DNA of 64,000 nt from a bacterium (GTDB lineage: Bacteria; RBG-13-61-14; DATKZS01): positions 765,150 to 829,149 of the forward strand of contig CAXXFL010000005.1 of the NCBI GenBank assembly GCA_963674965.2, in the 5' to 3' direction. The position numbers were made by a program, and so were the translations under genes. Below are positions 54,476 through 61,808 of the stretch, in pieces (the first letter of the stretch is position 1; the number at the start of each line of letters is the position of its first letter). A model generated the notes under the pieces. The model was not told the origin of the DNA, did not search any database, and was given only the letters and a program-made list of their open reading frames with translations.

Positions 54476-54842
54476 GGACTTGCTCCGCTTTTAAGATAAG
54501 GGTCGCCTGATGAAAGTGGTCTCGAAATGTACCTGGATAAAAATTCCCGGCGCCCCTTAGTTACCGCCAGGGGATGCGCGCTAGGTTACTGCAAATGTTT
54601 CCCCTCGTTACGTTGCGTTAATTTTGGAAGAATTTATATGAACACCTAAAAGTCTGGTATATTTTACGCCTCTTTGCGGCTTTGTCAAGCAAATCGGGAA
54701 CAAAATGGAACAAAATATCCAAGCTTTCCCAATAAATAAGGATAGCTTCATTTTCCGGGGAACCAAGCGCCAGTTAAGTTTGACAAAAATAGAGTATGAA
54801 CGTAGCATGGAACCGAACGCGAAAAGAGGATAACCCCTTTAT

Positions 54843-56372
54843 ATGGCGAGAGTGGTAATAGGTCTGGACGTTTCCGGCGCGGGCTGGAAGTACGCAGTGG
54901 CGGCGGGACCGTCAAAAGACAGGATCAGGGTCATCGAGTATGGCCGTTTCGATCCTCCACCCGTGGACTTCGACTACCTTTTCTCCGACGAGATGGACGA
55001 GATCGATCTCGAGGAAAAGGTCTCCGAGTGGGCCGAGGCCTTTTACGCCAAACTCGAGCCCTATCTTGGCTCGGACCCGGACGTGGTGGTGGGCATTCCC
55101 CGCGAGTTGGTGACCATCCGCTCTCTTGACGTTCCCTTTACCAAGGACTCCCGCATCGCCCAGGTCCTGCCTTACGAGGCCGAGGCCAGCCTGGCCTTGG
55201 ACGCGGACGAGTTGGTCTTCGATTTCTACGCCCTCGGGTCCCGCGAGGAGGAAACCAGGGTGCTGGCCGCGGCGGTCGAGCGCGAGAAGATACACTCCCT
55301 GCTGACCCTTTTCAAGCTGGTGGGAATCGACCCCATGGTCGTGGCGCCCACTCCCCTTTCCCTCCATCACCTGGGTCGCGTGACCGGACCGGCCGCTAAC
55401 GGGGTCCCCTCTCGGACCGGCTACCTTCAAATCGAGAACGGCGGCGTCTTCTTAACGGTAACCGAGCAAGATAAAAGCGTTTTCACCGCCTCGTTCCACG
55501 CGAGCGAAGACGAGGGACCTTCAACCGGCGCCGGGACAAGCCTTCTCCAGAACATTGGACGGGCCATTCATTATCTCGAGGGTTTCAAAACGGTCGGCGC
55601 CGGATGCCCTCCTCCCTTGAAGAAACTTTTCGTGACCGGAGACCCCGCCAAGGTGGGGCCAACCGTTTCCGAGTTGGAACAACGGCTGGGCCTCGAGGTC
55701 ATGCCCTTTAAAATTGCGCCCGCCGCCGTGACGGAGGACACCCAGCTCAATCCGGATCGGGACCTGGCCATGGCCACGTCACTGGCCCTTGCTCTCCAGG
55801 GGATGTCCACCGGCAAAAAGGCGGGGCTTAATTTCAGAAAGGGAGAGTTCTCCTTCCGCCACGAGCGCAAGGCATTGATAAAAAAGGCTATATTCCCAGC
55901 CACCTTGCTGGTGACCCTTGTTTTATCCATTGTCTTCAGCGCCTCGGTTACGGGTTCGTCCTCAGACGAGAACTCGGCCGCTATCGTGGACCTTATGAAA
56001 AAGGAGTTCGCCGCCTATTTTCCCGGCGAGCCCATTGTCGATCCCACCGTCCAGATCAAAAACAAGCTGGACGAGACCAAGGCCAAGAAAATCAAGTACG
56101 AGGACCTTTCCAACCCCTCGGCTCTTACCGTCATGGCCGCCTTGTCCAGCGCCGTTCCCGACGACCTGGTTGTAACCATAACCAGTTTCGATTTCAAGGG
56201 CGACAAGCTGGTCCTGAAAGGAGAATGCGAGGAACTGGACATACCCAACAAGGTGGCCAAGGAACTCGAGAAGGTACCCATATTTAAAAAGGTGGACCTT
56301 GGCAATGTAACTTCCGGTAAAGAAAAGAAATTCACCATAGATATCGACCTGAGGGAGAAGGGACGGCCATGA
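54843..56372 (+). CDS. GspL-like type II secretion / PilM-PilN-like assembly protein
   Basis: Actin-like N-domain 'VVIGLDVSG...VVVGIPRELVTIRSLDVPF...VLPYEAEASLALDADELVFDF', a single TM (~aa 345-365), and a periplasmic ferredoxin-like C-domain. Confidence 0.55.
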   Translation: MARVVIGLDVSGAGWKYAVAAGPSKDRIRVIEYGRFDPPPVDFDYLFSDEMDEIDLEEKVSEWAEAFYAKLEPYLGSDPDVVVGIPRELVTIRSLDVPFTKDSRIAQVLPYEAEASLALDADELVFDFYALGSREEETRVLAAAVEREKIHSLLTLFKLVGIDPMVVAPTPLSLHHLGRVTGPAANGVPSRTGYLQIENGGVFLTVTEQDKSVFTASFHASEDEGPSTGAGTSLLQNIGRAIHYLEGFKTVGAGCPPPLKKLFVTGDPAKVGPTVSELEQRLGLEVMPFKIAPAAVTEDTQLNPDRDLAMATSLALALQGMSTGKKAGLNFRKGEFSFRHERKALIKKAIFPATLLVTLVLSIVFSASVTGSSSDENSAAIVDLMKKEFAAYFPGEPIVDPTVQIKNKLDETKAKKIKYEDLSNPSALTVMAALSSAVPDDLVVTITSFDFKGDKLVLKGECEELDIPNKVAKELEKVPIFKKVDLGNVTSGKEKKFTIDIDLREKGRP

Positions 56373-56899
56373 GCCTGGAAGCACGGGAAAAGAAATTCCT
56401 CGGCATCGGGGCTATCGCTTTTGTCTTGATAGTTGCCATCTGGCTTGTCACGGGCGGTGATTCCGGGACCAGGGGCGGAGATTCGAAAAGGGTCGCTCAA
56501 AAACAGGAGACCTTTCATAAGGACCTGAAGGATTACCTCGAGATCAAGGACTCGGTCGAAAAGATCGATCAGAGGCTGTCCAAAACTCCGGAGAATTTCG
56601 ATCTGGCAGGAGAGCTCAACGAGATATTCGACTCCCTGGGAATCAAAAACGCCATCAGGAGCCTCAACCCCACGGACGCCGGCGCCAACGACTTTTACTC
56701 GGCCTCCTACGTGGACATTAAAATAGACGAGATATCCCTTGACGACCTGGTCAGCCTGCTGGTTAAGATCGAGTCGTCCGACGCCTTTATCAAGGTGGAC
56801 AAACTCACGGTCAGAAGAAGGTTCAAGGACAACGCCCTGGATATAAATATCAGGGTCGCCGCCTACTCGGCCAAGCTCGAAGAGGCCCCTCCCAAATGA
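56369..56899 (+). CDS. GspM/PilO-like bitopic protein
   Basis: 4-bp overlap with the upstream gene. N-terminal TM 'FLGIGAIAFVLIVAIWLV'. The C-domain resembles GspM. Confidence 0.45.
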   Translation: MSLEAREKKFLGIGAIAFVLIVAIWLVTGGDSGTRGGDSKRVAQKQETFHKDLKDYLEIKDSVEKIDQRLSKTPENFDLAGELNEIFDSLGIKNAIRSLNPTDAGANDFYSASYVDIKIDEISLDDLVSLLVKIESSDAFIKVDKLTVRRRFKDNALDINIRVAAYSAKLEEAPPK

Positions 56900-57828
56900 A
56901 CGGCTGGAAAAGGATAGTGCTTGGCGGCCTCGGATACCTCCTCTTCTTCGTCGTCTCCCTGGTACTCTTCACCTTCTTAACCTTCGACCCCACCATGTTC
57001 GCGCCCCGCATCGAGCGGGCGGCCAAGGACGGCGGGATAACCCTTCAGATTCAAAAGATTTCCCTCAAGGGCCTCGGGGGCCTCGAGATGCGGGGAGTTA
57101 AAGTCTCCCCCGCGGCCAAGCCTCAGGAAGGCGAAGGGGAGGCGGCCGATCCACCGACTCCCATGGTCATCGACCGGCTCATTGTAAAGCCCAAGCTCAC
57201 TACCCTGCCGGGCCTTTTAACGGCGGCCAGGGACAACAAGCCGCCCCGTATCGAGGCCGCCTTTTCCGCCCGGGTCGGGGAGGGCGAGATCGAATCGGGC
57301 TTTCTCTCCTTTTACGGGGAATCCCTTTCCGCGGAGGCCGAGGCCAAGTCTTTTCCCCTGGCTCGGGTCCCGCTCTCCGGGTTTGAAATCAAGGGCCTCA
57401 AGTTCTACGCCCCCACCTTGTCCGGCTCCATGGACGCCAAGGTGAAGCTGGAAATGGGAAACCGGAAAAACCCCGACACCTGGAACGGGGACGTCCAGCT
57501 GGACCTGAAAAATCCGGGCATAAGCGAACTGAAAAACGCGATTATCGCTTTTCCCGGACCGAAAATGCAAAGCGGAAACCTCAAGGCGAAAATCGACAGG
57601 GGGTTGGTAACGGTCAGTTCCCTTAAACTGGTGGGCGACGACATGCCCATGAACTTTACCGGGACCATCAAGTTAAACCCCAATTTCGCCGCGTCCATGT
57701 CTGAAATTAACGGGACCATCGAGTTCAGCGAGTCCTTCAAATCCAGGCTGGACCCCACCTTCGCCCAAATGCTTCCGCCCAAGAAAATCGAGTATAAAGG
57801 ACCCATCGGAAAACTGGCCGCCTGGTAA
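56896..57828 (+). CDS. GspN-like type II secretion protein
   Basis: 4-bp overlap with the upstream gene. N-terminal TM 'IVLGGLGYLLFFVVSLVLFTFL'. The beta-rich periplasmic domain is typical of GspN in deltaproteobacteria-like T2SS loci. Confidence 0.45.
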   Translation: MNGWKRIVLGGLGYLLFFVVSLVLFTFLTFDPTMFAPRIERAAKDGGITLQIQKISLKGLGGLEMRGVKVSPAAKPQEGEGEAADPPTPMVIDRLIVKPKLTTLPGLLTAARDNKPPRIEAAFSARVGEGEIESGFLSFYGESLSAEAEAKSFPLARVPLSGFEIKGLKFYAPTLSGSMDAKVKLEMGNRKNPDTWNGDVQLDLKNPGISELKNAIIAFPGPKMQSGNLKAKIDRGLVTVSSLKLVGDDMPMNFTGTIKLNPNFAASMSEINGTIEFSESFKSRLDPTFAQMLPPKKIEYKGPIGKLAAW

Positions 57829-57929
57829 CGCCCGCTCGGATTCCATTAATTTTCGGCTATAAGAAACCGCCATACATTCCGGCATTTTAAAAAGGAACAA
57901 TCGCGGACCATCGATTCAAAGAGCTTTCC

Positions 57930-57958
57930 TTGACATAAGGGGAGGCTTTAGTTACACT
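57930..57958 (+). promoter_or_regulatory. Putative sigma70 promoter of tRNA-Arg
   Basis: TTGACA (57930-57935), 17 nt, TACACT (57953-57958). The tRNA 5' end lies 12 nt downstream. Confidence 0.45.
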
Positions 57959-57969
57959 CGAATCATTCA

Positions 57970-58042
57970 GGGCGATTAGCTCAGTGGATAGAGCACTTGC
58001 CTCCGGAGCAAGGGGTCGCGGGTTCGACTCCCGCATCGCCCT
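57970..58042 (+). tRNA. tRNA-Arg (anticodon CCG)
   Basis: Hand-folded cloverleaf: acceptor GGGCGAT/ATCGCCC, D arm GCTC-AGTGGATA-GAGC, anticodon arm CTTGC-CTCCGGA-GCAAG, variable loop GGGTC, T arm GCGGG-TTCGACT-CCCGC. CCA is not encoded. Confidence 0.9.
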
Positions 58043-58170
58043 TATATATCAATGACTTACAAGCATCCCTTAAAGTTGACTATCAAGGACTGAATGGGGA
58101 CAAAAAGGGGAACAACCCCCCGGAAACCATAAACTTGTCAAGCGGTGCCTAGTGGGCTGCCCCGGCGACG

Positions 58171-58971
58171 CTACTGAAACGCTTTTCCAAATTCATCTTG
58201 ATCAAGAAAGTACCTCAGTTGAGCGCCTTGCATATTCCGAGCTCGATGAATATCAAACCTATTCTCGTCGAACTCCGGCAGGTTCACGTCATTTTCGTCG
58301 AAAAACAAGCAATGGCTATACAACGTTCTAAGTTCAGCGTACCGTCTCGGCTCCCATCCCTTTTTATAGCCATACCAGTCGTCTATCAGCGCGCATTTCG
58401 TTCCACATGAATTGTCTCTCTCCAGTGTCACTTTCATTTCAAAATCAAAACAGAGATCGAACATCGTAACCCTGCATCTTCCGCCACGTTCTCTCATGCA
58501 TGGCATTTGGACAGCTACAATGTCTTCGCCACTGTCAAAATAAAGCTCAGAAAAACGATGGTTTGTAATAACATCAATAACATTATAATTGGGCGCCTCA
58601 TTTTCGATTTTTTCTCGTATTTGCCGTTCGGCTTCGTCTATCATGGCCGCCATCATCGGATCCTGGGAGGATATTTCCCTATTTATTATCCTGGATATGT
58701 TTTCATGCCTCAGGTGTTTGAAGATGATCCTCTTAAAAGGTTTCTCCTCCTCGGGACCCGCATTTATCAAGCTTTCATGGGAGTAAAATATATCTATTAC
58801 CCCATTATAATTTTCACCATTAATATCCAGATTCCATTCACTCGGATGGTAGATCTCCAATGAGCCGGGTATAAGGCTTTTGTTTTCAATATATCCTATT
58901 AGAATGCGTATTGACGCGGCCACGATAACAGACAATACTAAAAAGATTGCGGCTATCGCCTTTTTCTTCAT
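58171..58971 (-). CDS. Hypothetical membrane-anchored protein (AT-rich orphan gene)
   Basis: Start taken at MKKKAIAAIFLVLSVIVAASI (TM anchor). No family recognised. Composition is visibly AT-richer than the flanks. Confidence 0.55.
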   Translation of the reverse strand: MKKKAIAAIFLVLSVIVAASIRILIGYIENKSLIPGSLEIYHPSEWNLDINGENYNGVIDIFYSHESLINAGPEEEKPFKRIIFKHLRHENISRIINREISSQDPMMAAMIDEAERQIREKIENEAPNYNVIDVITNHRFSELYFDSGEDIVAVQMPCMRERGGRCRVTMFDLCFDFEMKVTLERDNSCGTKCALIDDWYGYKKGWEPRRYAELRTLYSHCLFFDENDVNLPEFDENRFDIHRARNMQGAQLRYFLDQDEFGKAFQ

Positions 58972-59263
58972 GACAACGGGCCTTTTCGCCGGCTTTCCGG
59001 CAATGCATTTAATTTTCCTCAGGGCGCATAATCCTAAAAACGGCAGTTGGTAATTCCGCCAGGGCTTCAAAGATTATATAATATCAGTTGTGTAGGTCAA
59101 ATTCTGCAATTTCAGGTTGGTATCTCCATGAATTCTGGGGGAATTGTGGGGACAGAATTGTGGGGACAGCATCCTTATCTCGTTTGAACTGTGGACAATC
59201 GTATATGAGAACGACGGCGTAAAGCATGTCAGCTTGGAAGGCATTAATACGCGACCCTAAACC

Positions 59264-60194
59264 TTACTGAACTTTAAAACTTTTTAGTCTGGTTTGCACG
59301 TATCGACATTAAGCAGCCTCCTTGAGGGGCGTAATTTCCTCTGGTTTGGGGTCGGAATGGAAAGCGGGAGAAATTCGCAAAGCCTTGTAGAAAGCGCGTC
59401 GGAGCCGACCGACGCTTGGGGGGCCGCTCGGGTCCCACCACGGTTCGGCCTCGATCTTTTCCGCCTCCGGGACGCAAAGGGCAAGCAGGCCCAAAAGGCC
59501 GTAGGCGACCAGGCAGAGGTTGGCGTGGCGCTTGATGGCCGTGAACGACCTCTGGCGATAGTCGCCGAAACCGCCCGCCGTCTTCACCTCCCGGAACAAC
59601 TCCTCGATCTTCCAGCGGCCCGAATACGTTTCCAGCGCCCGCTCCGGCTTCATCTCGACGTCGGTGGTGAAAAACACGTTCATTTTTTTGCCGGAGCGCC
59701 GGGGGAAAATGATGACGAGTATCGGCTTGTCGCCGAGGGTGGCGCTGGGGACCATCACCCCGACGAAGGCCTCGATGGTAACGGTCTTGCCGTAAATCCT
59801 GGCCTTGATTTTTTCGCGCTTCGATCTTTTCAACCACAGTTGTTGGGGGCCGTACTTTTTGCCGCGCTTGGGAGGACGGCCCGGCCCCTCTTCCTTTTGG
59901 GGAGTTCGTAGAGCGCCGCGTTCGAGCGGAGGCGGCTGATCAGGACCACCTCCCTGTCCCCGACCTCGACGCTCGCCAACTTGGCCTTGGCGTAGAGGTT
60001 GTCCACTACCAGGACCAGTCTCCGAGCGGGCCAGGAGAACCTTTTTATCATCATGGCGGCCAATTCGATCTTGGTTTTGAACTCCCATCCCTTGGGGCAA
60101 AACTTTTCCTGGACGAAGAGCAGCGCCGAGAGGAGGACTGGTGAACGCTATTTTTACATGGTGGAACATGGCTAAAAAGTTCAAAGTTCAGTAA
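59264..60194 (-). mobile_element. Degraded IS4/IS701-like element: terminal inverted repeats intact, transposase 5'-deleted and frameshifted
   Basis: TIRs 'ttactgaactttaaaactttttag' (59264-59287) and the reverse complement of 'ctaaaaagttcaaagttcagtaa' (60172-60194). Inside, 'VLVVDNLYAK' is in one frame and 'YSGRWKIEELFREVKT' (YREK-type signature) in another. Confidence 0.65.
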
Positions 60195-60409
60195 CATAGT
60201 CTCCAGTATTATAAATCAAACTGGCTCAACTTTTCCAGAACCGACTGTAATTCCAACGAAAACTCACCAAACTTTGGCCTTTTGCTAATACGATCGAAAA
60301 ATAAGCCGCCTAGAATTTAACATAAAGTAGGCCCTCGCCTTATTTCTCGGGCCGATAAGGGGGGAAACTAAACTGAAAAAAAAAGGACCGGAAAAGCCAA
60401 GGATAAATT

Positions 60410-61744
60410 ATGAAAAATAAAAGGATAATACAAGGATTGAGAACTATCTCGTCCATCGCCTCGGGAAGGCCGCCGGGCCAGGTCGTAATCCAATATTCCG
60501 ACGCATGCAACGCCTCGTGCCCCCAATGCGAGCTTCGCGCCTCCAACCTTTTTCCCCGCTCCCGCGTGCCTCTTGACGATATTAAACGAGCCATCGACCG
60601 AGCGGCAAAAACGGGAGTCCGGGCCCTCAGCGTCACGGGCGGCGAGCCATTTCTTTTCCGGCGCGAACTGATCGAGATATTGACCTACGCCCGCGAGGCC
60701 GGCATACCTTACACCCGCACCGGAACCAACGGCTTCCCGTTCAGGAACTCGGACGGCCCGGGCTGGGAGAAAAGGATCAGAAACCTGGCCCGGGAATTGG
60801 CCGAATCGGGTGTCTATACTTTATGGATCAGCGTGGACTCGGCCGACGCCGGGACGCACGAAAAGATGAGGGGACTGCCCGGCGTGATCCGGGGCATCGA
60901 GAAGGCCCTGCCGATTTTTCACGAGCACGGCGTATATCCCGCCGCCAACCTGGGAGTCAACCGCAACGTGGGAGGCGAATGGAAGTCACTCGCGGATGGA
61001 CGCCGGTGGCTCGGCGAGCGGGAAACCTACCTCATCTTCCGGAGGTCGTTTGCCGACTTTTACAATTTCGTCATCGGCCTGGGCTTTACCATGGCCAACG
61101 CCTGTTATCCCATGAGCTCGGGAGGTTTTGCCGACGGCCTCGATTCCGTTTACGGGGCCTCGAGCGCCGACGAGGTGGTGAACTTCTCGGACAAGGAAAA
61201 GGCCTCGGTCTTCGCCGCCCTGTTCGACGTCATTCCCGCCTTCCGGGACAAGATCAGGATATTCACTCCGCGCTGCTCGCTTTACTCCCTGATAAGGCGC
61301 CACTCGGGAAAGGAAGAGCCGGGCTACGCCTGCCGGGGAGGGATCGACTATTTCTTTATCAGCGCCGCGAGCGGCAACGTCTATCCCTGCGGTTTCCGAG
61401 GGACCGAGGACCTGGGAAAATTCTGGGAGATGAAACTGGATAAAAACGAAAAGCCCTCCTGCCGGCTCTGCGACTGGGAGTGCTTTCGGGACCCGTCCGA
61501 GCTATTAGGACCCATATTCGAGGCCAGGAACGACCCGGCCGTGCTTTTCCGGCGAGTGAAAAACGAGCCCGGCTTCATGAGGCTCTGGCTTTTGGACCTC
61601 GAGTATTACCGGGCCTGCTCGTTCTTCTCCGGAAGGGTAGCGCCCGATTATAAAAGGATGACGAGGGTCGCGAAAAGACAAGTCCGATCGGTCCGCGACC
61701 CAGGCCGGCCCCGGGCGCTTGGCGCCGCCGAGGCCCCGGCTTAA
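60410..61744 (+). CDS. Radical SAM protein with a Cys-rich C-terminal extension
   Basis: 'SDACNASCPQCELR' CxxxCxxC motif, 'SVTGGEPFL', and later 'CRGG...YPCGF' and 'CRLCDWECF'. Confidence 0.85.
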   Translation: MKNKRIIQGLRTISSIASGRPPGQVVIQYSDACNASCPQCELRASNLFPRSRVPLDDIKRAIDRAAKTGVRALSVTGGEPFLFRRELIEILTYAREAGIPYTRTGTNGFPFRNSDGPGWEKRIRNLARELAESGVYTLWISVDSADAGTHEKMRGLPGVIRGIEKALPIFHEHGVYPAANLGVNRNVGGEWKSLADGRRWLGERETYLIFRRSFADFYNFVIGLGFTMANACYPMSSGGFADGLDSVYGASSADEVVNFSDKEKASVFAALFDVIPAFRDKIRIFTPRCSLYSLIRRHSGKEEPGYACRGGIDYFFISAASGNVYPCGFRGTEDLGKFWEMKLDKNEKPSCRLCDWECFRDPSELLGPIFEARNDPAVLFRRVKNEPGFMRLWLLDLEYYRACSFFSGRVAPDYKRMTRVAKRQVRSVRDPGRPRALGAAEAPA

Positions 61745-61808
61745 GGTCCGCGTAATATTGGCGGAGGCTCGCGCTCGAAGTTGGACAAGCCGCAAAGGAG
61801 ATGAAATT

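Noticed and set aside
54655-54669. Sigma54-like -24/-12 element 'TGGTATattttACGC' upstream of the gspL-like gene
   Set aside because: The GG/GC spacing is right, but the -12 box is ACGC rather than TTGC and the -24 box is degenerate. It is too weak to call, and no enhancer-binding protein gene is in view.
59131-59169. Short tandem 'aattgtggggacag' repeats considered as a possible CRISPR or minisatellite
   Set aside because: There are only two full 14-bp units plus one degenerate copy, directly adjacent with no spacers. This is not a CRISPR array.
58043-60400. Integrase gene or att-type repeat of the tRNA-Arg 3' end that would delimit a genomic island
   Set aside because: There is no integrase-like ORF, and I found no copy of 'ggttcgactcccgcatcgccc' or a substantial part of it downstream by eye. 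Only the compositional evidence remains.
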